From: an uncultured Solirubrobacterales bacterium
GTDB taxonomy: Bacteria > Actinomycetota > Thermoleophilia > Solirubrobacterales > 70-9
Length of the DNA: 64,000 bases
Assembly: GCA_963824785.1 (NCBI GenBank)
Contig: CAWGQG010000002.1
Span: forward strand, 133,570-197,569
Direction: 5' to 3'
Below, piece by piece: positions 11,285 through 20,577 of this stretch. Made by a program: the position numbers and the translations under genes. How positions within the stretch are numbered: position 1 is the stretch's first letter; each line of letters begins with the position of its first letter. The notes beneath the pieces were generated by a model, which did no database searches, was not told the origin of the DNA, and saw only the letters and a program-made list of their open reading frames with translations.

Positions 11285-12532
11285 CTAGACCGGCAGCTTC
11301 TTCGCCTTCTTCAGGCAGTTCGCCCGCGCCCGGCCCTTCTTCTTCTTGCATTTCTTGATGGCCGCCGCGCGCCTGCCGGTCGGGCCGGGCTTCGCGTTCC
11401 CGCCACCACCGCCCCCACCGCCGCCCGGCGGGGTGGTGGGAGGAGGGCCGCAGGGCGTGACCGCGTAGCAGGCGACGTAGGGCTCGCTCGGGGCCTTCGG
11501 ATAGTTCATCGTCGTCTGGTTCGCATAGGTCTGAGCGTTGCCGAAGTCGGTGGTTCCCGTCATCGTGTTCACGCCTGGCATGGGGTTGGTGCAGGCGGGG
11601 TCGGCGAAGCTCGGCCGGGTTGGGACCGCCGGCCCCGGGTTGTCGAGGGCGTCGATCGCCAGCAGGTAGGCGGCGTTGTTGACGGTGCCGATGTAGAGGT
11701 GATCCGTATACGGGGCGTTGGGGTTCGTGCAGACGTCTTGGACCGCGACGTTGGTGATCTCCCCCGCGATGTCGCCCGGCCGGAGCGAGGAGCTGCCGTT
11801 GTCATCCGCGTTCGGCTGGACGATGCTGTCGTTCTTCGTGTAAATCGCCGTGTAGTCGATTCCGGTGAAGGTCTCTTGATGCGAGTTGAGCGCCGCGATG
11901 AACGAGGCGCTGGCGAGCTGCTGCCAGATCGCGGGCGCGCAGCCCTGGAACGCGCACCCGTTGACGGCGATCGCGGCAGTCGTGCCGTGGTTGCTGGGAG
12001 CAAGCCCGACCAGGTCGTCAACCATCGCGCGGGTGTCGGGCCAGAACCGCAACGCCCAACGGGGCAGCATCCCGCCCTGGGAGAAGCCGAGCACGTCGAT
12101 CGGGTCGTCGTACTCCTCGGACATCGACCGAATCGCGTTGACGACGTACTCGCCGGCGATCTGGACGTCCGCCATCGCCGAGTCGGGAAGCGCGACCGTG
12201 CACCACTCCCAGTTCAGAACATCGTCGAAGGCCGGGATCCAGTTCCAGTCCCAGTTGTGCTCCGGCGTCAGCGACGTCCCGTGGACGAGCAGGACGGGCG
12301 GGCGGGTCGCGGTGGAGAGGTCCTCGACGCTGCAGTCGAGCGCCGCGTCGAGCGTGGCCTGCGGCACGGAGAGGGCGGGGCCGGGGGTGCTGACCGGCGT
12401 GTACGTCTGAGCCGAGGCGAGGCCGGAGGCGAACAGCAGAATGCTGCAGTTGCCGCAAGGGATGTGAGCGCCCGCTTCAAAGGTTTCGCCCCCCTGCCCT
12501 TCACAGTAGGCAGCCGCGAGGCGGCAACGCAA
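11285..12532 (-). CDS. secreted triacylglycerol lipase-like alpha/beta hydrolase (CalB/lipase class 2-like) with Lys/Cys-rich tail
   Basis: TTG start at 12532. Signal-like CSILLFASGLASA. VLLVHGT oxyanion region and GFSQGG nucleophile elbow. Poly-Gly/Pro linker, then the tail IKKCKKKKGRARANCLKKAKKLPV. Confidence 0.75.
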   Translation of the reverse strand: MRCRLAAAYCEGQGGETFEAGAHIPCGNCSILLFASGLASAQTYTPVSTPGPALSVPQATLDAALDCSVEDLSTATRPPVLLVHGTSLTPEHNWDWNWIPAFDDVLNWEWCTVALPDSAMADVQIAGEYVVNAIRSMSEEYDDPIDVLGFSQGGMLPRWALRFWPDTRAMVDDLVGLAPSNHGTTAAIAVNGCAFQGCAPAIWQQLASASFIAALNSHQETFTGIDYTAIYTKNDSIVQPNADDNGSSSLRPGDIAGEITNVAVQDVCTNPNAPYTDHLYIGTVNNAAYLLAIDALDNPGPAVPTRPSFADPACTNPMPGVNTMTGTTDFGNAQTYANQTTMNYPKAPSEPYVACYAVTPCGPPPTTPPGGGGGGGGGNAKPGPTGRRAAAIKKCKKKKGRARANCLKKAKKLPV

Positions 12533-12596
12533 CCTCAGTTCTGGGGGTTCAGCATCTGCGGTTGACCGTCGGCATGACCGGCGGTAGGCTCGCCCA

Positions 12597-14186
12597 ATGG
12601 GGAGAGGGACCAGAAGCGTGCGTCAGGCGGTGGTGCTCAGCGTCGCCGCTGTCCTCGCGACCCTCGTGGCGGTGACTCCCGCGCTCGCCGCCCAGGGCAA
12701 CTGGGACCGGGCGTGGGGGGAGGACGTCGACTCGGTCGCCGCCGGCGTCGGGTTCGAGGTGTGCACCATCGCGGCGAACTGCAAGACGGGCGTCAGTGCG
12801 GGGGCGGCCCTCGGTGGCGAGATCGATGGCACCTTCGGCGTTGCCACCGACGCGGCCGGGAACGTCTACGTGGCCGACACCAATAACAACCGGATCCAGA
12901 AGTTCAGCGCCGTCGGCGCCTTCGAGCGCGCCTGGGGCGAGGACGTGGTCAGCGCGGGGCCGGGCAACACCGGCGTCGGATTCGAGATCTGCGTGGCGGC
13001 GAACGGCGACGTCTGCAAGGTCGGCTCGGTCACGGGCCCGTCGCTCGGCGGCGAGCTCGCCGGGCCAATTGACGTCGCCACCGACGCGGCCGGGAATGTC
13101 TATACGACCGACAGTTTCCTGCGTGTGCAGAAGTACAGTTCCGCCGGGGCCTTCGAGCGCACCTGGGGCGGGAATGTGGTCAGCTCTGGCCCCGGCAACA
13201 CCGGGACGGGCTTCGAGATCTGCGTGGCGGCGGACGGCGACGTCTGTCAGACGGGCGGCGTGACCAGCGGGCTCGCCGGCGAGTTTGCCGCACCCGCCGG
13301 GATCGACGCCGACCCGGCCGGGAATGTCTACATCACGGACAACGCCTTCAACCGGGTCCAGAAGATGAGCGCCGCCGGCGTCTTCGAGCGCGCCTGGGGC
13401 GAGGACGTGGTCAGCTCCGGGCCGGGCAACACCGGCGTGGGAGCCGAGATCTGCGTGGCCGCGCGCGCCGACGTCTGCAAATTCGCAGCGCTGGCGGGCC
13501 CGGCGCTCGGGGGAGAGTTCAGTGTCGTAAGCGGGGTCACGGTGGATGCCGCCGGAAACGTGTACACCGGGGACCTCTCCAATCACCGGGTCCAGAAGTT
13601 CAGCGCCGCCGGCGTCTTCGAGCGGGCCTGGGGAGAGGACGTGGTCAACGGCGGCGGCACCGGTTTCGAGGTCTGCGTGGCGGCGAACGCCGACGTCTGC
13701 AAGATCGGCGTGGTCAGCGGCGCTGCGGTAGGCGGCGACTTCAACAATCCGCAGGGCATGGACACCGACGCGGCGGGCAACCTCTACGTCGCGGATACGT
13801 TCCACCGCCGGATTCAGAGATTCAGCCCTACCGGCGTCTTCGAGCGCACCTGGGGCGAGGACGTCGCCAGCGCGGGACCTGGCAACACCGGCGTCGGGTT
13901 CGAGATCTGCGTTGCGGCGAACGGCGACGTCTGCAAGACCGGGCAGGCCCCGGCGCCGGCGCTCGGCGGCGAGTTCGCCTCTCCGGCGGCCGTCGCCATC
14001 AACGCGGCAGGAGATCTCTACGTCGCGGACACAACGCACGACCGCGTCGAGAGGTTCGTGGACCCGCCGGCCGTGGTTCCCCCGCCAGGCACAACCCCGA
14101 CTCCTCCCTCTGCCAAGAAGAAGTGCAAGAAGGGTCAGAAGCTGAAGAAGAACAAGTGCGTCAAGAAGAAGCGGAAGAAGAAATGA
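12597..14186 (+). CDS. secreted six-bladed NHL-repeat protein with Lys/Cys-rich tail
   Basis: Signal peptide VVLSVAAVLATLVAVTPALAA. Six units ending in AAGNVYVAD..N.RIQKF. C-terminal tail AKKKCKKGQKLKKNKCVKKKRKKK. Confidence 0.8.
   Translation: MGRGTRSVRQAVVLSVAAVLATLVAVTPALAAQGNWDRAWGEDVDSVAAGVGFEVCTIAANCKTGVSAGAALGGEIDGTFGVATDAAGNVYVADTNNNRIQKFSAVGAFERAWGEDVVSAGPGNTGVGFEICVAANGDVCKVGSVTGPSLGGELAGPIDVATDAAGNVYTTDSFLRVQKYSSAGAFERTWGGNVVSSGPGNTGTGFEICVAADGDVCQTGGVTSGLAGEFAAPAGIDADPAGNVYITDNAFNRVQKMSAAGVFERAWGEDVVSSGPGNTGVGAEICVAARADVCKFAALAGPALGGEFSVVSGVTVDAAGNVYTGDLSNHRVQKFSAAGVFERAWGEDVVNGGGTGFEVCVAANADVCKIGVVSGAAVGGDFNNPQGMDTDAAGNLYVADTFHRRIQRFSPTGVFERTWGEDVASAGPGNTGVGFEICVAANGDVCKTGQAPAPALGGEFASPAAVAINAAGDLYVADTTHDRVERFVDPPAVVPPPGTTPTPPSAKKKCKKGQKLKKNKCVKKKRKKK
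12693..14069 (+). repeat. six tandem intragenic repeats of about 78 aa (NHL blades)
   Basis: RAWGEDVVS.GPGNTGVGFEICVAANGDVCK...AAGNVY..D....R.QKFS..G.FE recurs six times in the translated ORF. Confidence 0.8.
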
Positions 14187-15999
14187 CCGCCTCCGCTGCC
14201 TCCACCGCCTGATCGACCTGTTCCTCGACCAGGTCGAGGCCCGATTCCCAGAAGCTGGGGTCGGTGAGGTCCACGCCGACGATCTGGCCCAGCTCCTCGG
14301 GTGAGCGGGAGCCGCCCGCGGCGAGCATCTCCAGGTAGGAGGGGACGATCTCCTCGCCGCGCTCCTGGTAGAGGCGGTAGACGGACAGCGCGAGCAGCTG
14401 GCCGTAGGCATAGGCGTAGACGTAGCCCGGCGACGCGATGAAGTGGGGGATGTAGGACCACCAGATCCGGTAGTTGTCGGTGATCTCGACCGAGTCTCCG
14501 AGGAACTCGGACTGGGTCTCCGTCCAGAGCTCGCCGAAGCGCTCGACCGAGAGCTCCCCCTCGTCTCGCCGGGCCGTGTGAACACGGTCCTCGAACTGGT
14601 TCATCGCGATCTGCCGGAACACCGTGGCGATCTGGCCCTCGACGGCCTCCGCCAGCAGTCCGAGCCGCGAGCCGGGCTCCTCGGCCGCGTCGAGCAGCCG
14701 GCCGAGGACGATCTCCTCCGCGAACACCGACGCGGTCTCGGCGACCGTCAGCGGCGTGTTCTGGTGGAAGATCCCCTGGTCGCGAGCCAGGGTCTGGTGC
14801 AGCCCGTGTCCGAGCTCGTGGGCGAGCGTCAGGACGTCGCGGCGGCGGTCGGTGTAGTTGAGCATCACGTAGGGGTGGACCGAGGGCACGGTCGAGGCGC
14901 TGAAGGCGCCGCCTCGCTTCGAGGGACGCGGCGGGGCATCGAGCCAGCGCCCGCTGAAGAACTGCTCGACGGTTTCGGCCGCCCGGTCGGAGAACGACGC
15001 GAACGAGTCGAGGACGAGCTCACGCCCCCGGTCCCATTGGATCTCCTCATCCTCTCCGCCCACGGCGGCCATCCGGTCGTAGTCGGCGAGCCGGTCGATT
15101 CCGAGCAGCTTCGCCTTCGTCCGGTACCAGCGGCGCGCGAGCTCGTAGCGCCCCTTGACCGCCTCTACCAGCGCCTGGACGGACTCGTCCGACGCCTCGT
15201 TGGAGAGGTTGCGGGTCGCGAGCCAGTGCGGGTAGTCGCGCAGGCGGTCCACAATCGCCTTCTCTTTTAGGAGCGTGTTGAAGACGTAGCCGCGGGTTCG
15301 CAGCCCTGGCTCCAGCGCCTCGGTGACCGCCTCCTGCGTCGAGCGGCGGACGTTGCGGTCGGGATCGAACATCTTCGAGAGAGCGACGTCGAGGGGGACA
15401 GCTACGTCCTCGCCCTTCATATCCACGCGGATCGCCGAGCTGAGCTCGTCGAAGAGGCGACTCCAGGCGCCGCGGCCGGTCACCGACAGCTCGGTCGCGA
15501 TCCGCTCCTCGGGCTTGGAGAGGAGGTGCGGGCGATAGCGGCGCTCCAGGTCGAGGTGGTGCCGGCAGAACTCCAGGCCCTCGGTCGCTAGCAGCTCCTC
15601 GGCGCGCTCGTCCGGGATCTCCACCCACTCGAGCTCGAAGAAGAGGAGCTTCGTCTGGATCGCGGTGGCGCGCTCGGTCACGACCTGCACCAGCGCGCCG
15701 TTCTCGGGAGCCTCGGTGTCCGCGGAGAAGCGCAGCTGCGCGTAACTCCCGGCGCGGCCGACCAGGTCGCTGAGCCGGCCCAGCTCCCTCATCGCCTCGA
15801 TCAGGCCGGCACCGTCGAGCTCGCCGACCTTGCCCTCGTACCGCTCCGCGAACTCGCCGGCGATCTCGTCGGCACGGGTGAGCAGGACGCCCACCGCCGC
15901 CTCGGGGTCACCGTCCAGCTTCAGGTCCTCGAGGCCCTGCAGCAGGTGCGAGAGGTCCCAGGTGACCTCGTTCAGCTCGGTGGGGGCGGCCGCTTCCAC
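14161..15999 (-). CDS. pepF: oligoendopeptidase F family (M3B) metallopeptidase
   Basis: 612 aa with the HELGHGLH zinc motif and PepF-like N- and C-terminal regions. Its 3' end overlaps the NHL gene tail by 26 nt. Confidence 0.9.
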   Translation of the reverse strand: MEAAAPTELNEVTWDLSHLLQGLEDLKLDGDPEAAVGVLLTRADEIAGEFAERYEGKVGELDGAGLIEAMRELGRLSDLVGRAGSYAQLRFSADTEAPENGALVQVVTERATAIQTKLLFFELEWVEIPDERAEELLATEGLEFCRHHLDLERRYRPHLLSKPEERIATELSVTGRGAWSRLFDELSSAIRVDMKGEDVAVPLDVALSKMFDPDRNVRRSTQEAVTEALEPGLRTRGYVFNTLLKEKAIVDRLRDYPHWLATRNLSNEASDESVQALVEAVKGRYELARRWYRTKAKLLGIDRLADYDRMAAVGGEDEEIQWDRGRELVLDSFASFSDRAAETVEQFFSGRWLDAPPRPSKRGGAFSASTVPSVHPYVMLNYTDRRRDVLTLAHELGHGLHQTLARDQGIFHQNTPLTVAETASVFAEEIVLGRLLDAAEEPGSRLGLLAEAVEGQIATVFRQIAMNQFEDRVHTARRDEGELSVERFGELWTETQSEFLGDSVEITDNYRIWWSYIPHFIASPGYVYAYAYGQLLALSVYRLYQERGEEIVPSYLEMLAAGGSRSPEELGQIVGVDLTDPSFWESGLDLVEEQVDQAVEAAEAVISSSASS

Positions 16000-16025
16000 C
16001 CCTCGAACGCTAGTGGGTCGCGGCC

Positions 16026-16325
16026 TCAGGCTGAGGCCAGCTTGCGGCGCAGCACGTAGTCCCCGATCAGGGACCCGAGCGGGCCGCCGGTGACCACGAC
16101 CAGGGCGGGAAACAACCAGTCCCAGCGTTCTTCGACCACGCCGCGGATGCAGAGGACCAGCAGCAACAGGAAGCCGATCCCGTGGATCGGGCCGAGGACG
16201 TGGACGAGTCCCTCGCGGTCGCCGAGCGAGGCCCAGAGCAGGACGGCGAGCAGGACGGCGTCCGCAATCGCGACCACAGCGATCAGGTTGAGGCGGCGCA
16301 GGGTCGTGACCCTCTGGGCCGACAT
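16026..16325 (-). CDS. DUF3817-type small membrane protein
   Basis: ATG at 16325 gives 99 aa with three hydrophobic helices and the motif GPIHGIGFLLLLV. The rest of ORF 16026..17750 is antisense to the next gene and Arg/Ala-rich. Confidence 0.65.
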   Translation of the reverse strand: MSAQRVTTLRRLNLIAVVAIADAVLLAVLLWASLGDREGLVHVLGPIHGIGFLLLLVLCIRGVVEERWDWLFPALVVVTGGPLGSLIGDYVLRRKLASA

Positions 16326-16380
16326 GGAGTTAGCGGGTCCCAGGTCGAGCGGCAAGGGGCGGCAAGGTAGCGTTTCCGCG

Positions 16381-17519
16381 GTGAGAGAGCCCGGCGAGAA
16401 CCGCGATCGGAACCTGGAGCGGAGGGCGCTTCCTGCATTTCGGCGAGGCGATCGACGAGGACCGCCTGGTCGCGCTGCTGCGGCCCGGCGACGGCATCGA
16501 CACGGTGCTGACCGCCGACACCTACGCACAGGGCGAGGCGGACGCGGTGCTCGGGCGCGCGCTCGGGGACGTCGACCGCGGACTCCTATTCGCTCGTGGG
16601 CGCCGTCGGCCACGACTTCTACGAGGGCGAGCGGGACGGGCCGCGGGGCTTTCCCCGCTTCACGGATCCGAGCCTGCGCGGACCGGACCAGTACGGCGCG
16701 TACCTCCGCATGGCCGCCGAGCGCAGCCTCGAGCGGCTCGGCGCCGACCGCTTCGACCTGCTGCTGCTGCACAACCCCGACCGCACCGGCTACGAGAGCG
16801 AGGCCGTTTGGGACGGGATGGCGGCCCTCCGCGACGCTGGCATCACCGGGCTGATCGGCGTCGCGCCGGGGCCGGCCAACGGCTTCACGCTCGACCTGAT
16901 CGGCTGCCTGGAGCGCTTCCGCGAGCGGATCGACTGGGCGATGGTGATCCTGAACCCCTTCGAGCCCTGGCCCGGGGAGCTGGTCCTTGACGCCGCCGAA
17001 CGCCACGGCGTCGGCGTGATCACGCGGGTCGTGGATTACGGCGGGATCTTCTGGGACGACCTGCTTCCGGGCACAGAGCTGCCCCGCGCCGACCACCGCT
17101 CCTTTCGTCCCGAGGGCTGGATCGAGGACGCCCGCGACCGCCTGGAGCGAGTGCGGCCGATCGCCGAGGCGGCAGGCCTGACGCCGATGCAGATGGCCTG
17201 CCAGTGGAACCTCGCCCACCCGGCCGTGCGCAGCGTCGTCCCGACGCTGATCCAGGAGGCCGGGCCCGAGGCCCGGCCGATCGAGGAGAAGCGCGCGGAG
17301 CTCGCGGCCCTGCCCGCCGAGCAGCGCCTCTCGGCCGAGGACGTCGCCGCGATTCGCGCCATCGGCGACAACCGCGGCTGCATGACGCTGAAGGGGGCGA
17401 GTCCGGAGCATGAGGGCGACGAGCGGCCGGATCGCTGGCCACTGACGCCGGAGCTGTCCGATCTCGCATCCAGGTGGTCGATCGACCCCTCGCGTGACCT
17501 GAGTCAAATCGCTTCCTGA
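16381..17519 (+). pseudogene. aldo/keto reductase, apparently frameshifted
   Basis: The N-terminal AKR region (IGTWSGG..., DTVLTADTYAQGEADAVLGRALG) is in the frame of ORF 16505. It is blocked upstream by TGA at 16382. The rest (YSLVGAVGHDFY...LLLHNPD...) is in ORF 16596..17519, with the junction near 16575-16590. A second shift near 16395 may be needed to reach GTG 16381. Confidence 0.65.
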
Positions 17520-17631
17520 GAACCCCTCGCAGCTGCGACGCGGTCGCAAAAGTGGTTCGTTTGCAGGGATCTTCTGATCCGCTCCCTCCCAGGGCCCCGT
17601 AGCACGAGCAAACGAGGTCAAGGAGGATGAA

Positions 17632-19185
17632 GTGAAGAAGCTCAGTATCGCCGCGGGCCTGGCGGCTCTTGCGATAGCCGCGCCCTTGAGCATCGGCTCA
17701 TCGCATCGCGAGGCCCCACTCACATCGATAGATCCCACGGGGGATGACACCGACCTCTACGCCTTCACGGCCGAGGACGCCCCCGACGCGTTGACGATCG
17801 CCTCCAACTGGATCCCGTTCGAGGATCCGGCCGGCGGTCCGAACTTCTACAAGTTCGACGACAACGCGCACTATTACCTGAACATCGACAACACGGGCGA
17901 CGGACGCCCCGACGTCCGCTACCTGTTCGACTTCGAGACCGAGAATCGCAACCCGAAGTCATTCCTGTACGCGAACGGGATGCCCGTCGAGACGGTTGAC
18001 GGAGAGGCCCTGAACATCGTTCAGACCTACTCGATCACCCGTGAGGAGCCCGGTGGCGGCTCCGAGGTCATCGCCGAGGACCTCCCGGTCGCCCCCAGCA
18101 ACGTCGGCCCGAAGACGGTTCCCGACTACGAGGCAGTCGCGGCCGGTGCCGTCAAGGACCTGCCGGGTGGCGGCAAGGTGTTCGCGGGCCAGCGCGAGGA
18201 TCCGTTCTTCGCGAGTCTGGGCCGCATCTTCGACACCGTCAACCTCGAGGGTGCCGGGCTCGGCAACGAGGGCGGCGGAGTCGACGACCTGGCCGGCTAC
18301 GCGGTCCATTCGATCGTGTTGCAGGTCCCAGAGGCTGACGTGACCGTCGACGCCAAGCCCGTCGCGGATGAGAAGGCCTCCAACGCCGTCGTCGGAGTCT
18401 GGACCTCCACGGAGCGCCAGACGATCAGCCCCGACGGCAGCGCGAGCGGGGACTACCAGCAGATCTCCCGTCTGGGGAACCCGCTGGTCAACGAGGTGAT
18501 CATCCCCGTGGGCGACAAGGACCGGTTCAACCGGACCACCCCCGACCAGGACGCGGCCAACTACGGCCAGTACGTGACCGAGCCGGAGCTCGCGAAGGTG
18601 CTCAACGTCCTGTACCCGGACGTGGCAGCGCCCGAGAAGAACCGCACGGACATCGTCCAGGCGGTCCTGCAGGGCGTGCCGGACCTGAACGCGTTCCCCG
18701 GCAAGGCCGGGATGAACGCGACGGACACGCTCAAGCTCAACCTGGGCGTGGCGCCGGCCGCCGAGCCGGACCGGCTGGGAGTGATCGCCGGTGACACCTC
18801 CGGTTACCCCAATGGCCGCCGCCTGATCGACGACGTGGTCGACATCGACCTCCAGGTCGTGGCCGGCGCGTTGAAGGGGAATGAGGTCCCATTGGGTGAC
18901 GGGGTCAACCAGAACGACGTCGAGTTCCTGACGTCCTTCCCGTACCTCGCCGCCCCCAAGCCGGGGGCCAACCCCGACGCGGGATATGGCTCGCAGCTGA
19001 AGGCGCTCGCGGGCGCTGACGGCAGCGGGACCCTCCCGTCCTTCTCGGCCGGTGACGGCGGGGGAGATGAGGACGACGACGACGGCATGGGTGCCCTCGT
19101 CTGGATCCTGGTGGCGGCCGGAGCCCTGGCTCTGGCCGGGATCGCCTACCGGGCCGGTCGCGGCTCGGGAGGCTCAGCCGCCTAG
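17632..19185 (+). CDS. DUF4331 domain protein, secreted with C-terminal TM anchor
   Basis: Signal peptide followed by the family-typical SSHREAP motif, then DLYAF, NFYKFDD and YLNIDN. C-terminal acidic stretch, then helix ALVWILVAAGALALAGIAY. Confidence 0.85.
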   Translation: MKKLSIAAGLAALAIAAPLSIGSSHREAPLTSIDPTGDDTDLYAFTAEDAPDALTIASNWIPFEDPAGGPNFYKFDDNAHYYLNIDNTGDGRPDVRYLFDFETENRNPKSFLYANGMPVETVDGEALNIVQTYSITREEPGGGSEVIAEDLPVAPSNVGPKTVPDYEAVAAGAVKDLPGGGKVFAGQREDPFFASLGRIFDTVNLEGAGLGNEGGGVDDLAGYAVHSIVLQVPEADVTVDAKPVADEKASNAVVGVWTSTERQTISPDGSASGDYQQISRLGNPLVNEVIIPVGDKDRFNRTTPDQDAANYGQYVTEPELAKVLNVLYPDVAAPEKNRTDIVQAVLQGVPDLNAFPGKAGMNATDTLKLNLGVAPAAEPDRLGVIAGDTSGYPNGRRLIDDVVDIDLQVVAGALKGNEVPLGDGVNQNDVEFLTSFPYLAAPKPGANPDAGYGSQLKALAGADGSGTLPSFSAGDGGGDEDDDDGMGALVWILVAAGALALAGIAYRAGRGSGGSAA

Positions 19186-19280
19186 GCACCGAGCCCAGGG
19201 GCCGTCGCCGCATTCGTGGGCGGCGGCGGCCCCGCCGGCTCATTGACCCCCGGACTTGACAACGACATTTCAGGAGAGCC

Positions 19281-20543
19281 ATGAACCCCGCACGTGACAG
19301 GCACTTCCTCTTCAGCCTCGCTGCCGCGGCGCTGACCTGTGTGGCCGTCCTGGCCGGCATGCGCGCCCTCGATTCGCCCAGCGTCTCGAGCAGCGGCAGC
19401 GGCATGGACAGCACGGGCGAGCCGACGGACGCGAGCGGCTTCGCCGAGCGCGGCGCCGCCCACCTCCAGCGCGTCGGCGAGACCGAGGACCCCTCCTTCT
19501 ACCCCGAGGCCCAGGCGGCGTTCGAGGAAGCTTTGCGCCTAGACCCGAACCACTTCGAGGCGACGGCCGGCCTGGCCGACTACGAGCTCTCGCGCCATCA
19601 CTTTCGCCGTGGCCTGGCACTCAGCCTGCGTGCCCGCGAGATCAATCCCACGGTCGGGCGCATCGACGGCCAGATCGCCGACGCCCAGATCGAGCTCGGG
19701 CGCTATGGCGCCGCCGAGCGCACGTTGGAGCGCTATGGCTCCCGCCAGCCGGAGTTGGGTTCCTACGCGCGAGTCTCCTACTTCAGGGAGCTCAACGGTG
19801 ACCTGCCCGGCGCCGTGGCGGCGATGGGCCTGGCGGCCAGCTCCGCCGGCGAGGGCAGCGCTGACTCGAGTTTCGCGCGAACCCTGCTCGCCAAGCTGGA
19901 GGCCGATCGCGGCAACTACGCCGAAGCCGAGCGCATCTACCGGGCCGTCCTCTCCAGCGATCCCGCGGCTCCCGACGCCAACCTCGGCCTGGCGGCGATC
20001 GAGGCGGGGCGTGGAGAGATCGAGGCCGCCATCGAGCGCTATCGCACCGTGGCGGAGGCGATTCCCGCGCCCGATCACCTGATCCTCCTGGGCGAGGCCG
20101 AGCAGGTCTCGGGCGACGCCGATGCCGCGCGCGAGGCCTACTCGGCCGCGGCGGCCGCCTACGAGGATCTCGAGGAGGTCGGGATGCGCGTGGATACAGA
20201 GCTCGCCGTGTTCGAGGCCGACCACGGCAGCGCGACCAGGGCGGTCGACGCCGGTGCCAGGGCCTGGCGGGGGACGCCGAGCGTCCGCGCCGCCGACGCC
20301 TACTCATGGGCGCTCAGCGCCGCGGGCCGCCACGAAGCGGCGATGCGCTTCTCGAGCGAGGCCATGAGCCTTGGCTCGCGAGACCCCCACTTCCTCTTCC
20401 ACGCGGGGATCGTCTCCCTGCGCGCCGGGAACGAGGACCGGGCGCGCGCGCTGCTCGGGCGTCTCGTGGCGCAGAGCGCCGAGTTCAGCCCGTTGTTCGG
20501 CCCAAGTGCCGAACGGACGCTGGAGCGGCTCGGCTCACGTTGA
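19281..20543 (+). CDS. tetratricopeptide-repeat protein (N-terminal membrane/signal segment)
   Basis: 420 aa, Ala/Leu-rich TPR-like helical repeats throughout. N-terminal hydrophobic LFSLAAAALTCVAVLAGM. Confidence 0.7.
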   Translation: MNPARDRHFLFSLAAAALTCVAVLAGMRALDSPSVSSSGSGMDSTGEPTDASGFAERGAAHLQRVGETEDPSFYPEAQAAFEEALRLDPNHFEATAGLADYELSRHHFRRGLALSLRAREINPTVGRIDGQIADAQIELGRYGAAERTLERYGSRQPELGSYARVSYFRELNGDLPGAVAAMGLAASSAGEGSADSSFARTLLAKLEADRGNYAEAERIYRAVLSSDPAAPDANLGLAAIEAGRGEIEAAIERYRTVAEAIPAPDHLILLGEAEQVSGDADAAREAYSAAAAAYEDLEEVGMRVDTELAVFEADHGSATRAVDAGARAWRGTPSVRAADAYSWALSAAGRHEAAMRFSSEAMSLGSRDPHFLFHAGIVSLRAGNEDRARALLGRLVAQSAEFSPLFGPSAERTLERLGSR

Positions 20544-20577
20544 TCCGCGGGGCTCCCGGCGACGCAATGGGTGGTGA

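Noticed and set aside
11200-11370. AAG/CTT-rich repeats considered as a CRISPR array or mobile-element end
   Set aside because: They are in-frame Lys codons of two convergent genes. There is no spacer-repeat periodicity and no cas or transposase genes.
12549-14585. 678-aa minus-strand ORF
   Set aside because: It is antisense to the NHL-repeat gene and overlaps pepF out of frame. The composition is low-complexity Arg/Ala/Gly, while the plus-strand gene has clear repeats, a signal peptide and a tail.
17546-17564. Inverted repeat GCAAA-N9-TTTGC upstream of the DUF4331 gene, considered as a Fur box
   Set aside because: The arms are only 5 bp and it does not resemble AT-rich Fur/Zur boxes. It is kept only as a remark under the cluster finding.
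16326-17750. Upstream 475 residues of ORF 16026..17750 (-)
   Set aside because: This part is antisense to the aldo/keto reductase and overlaps the DUF4331 start. Only the last 99 codons, from ATG 16325, look like a real (DUF3817) protein.
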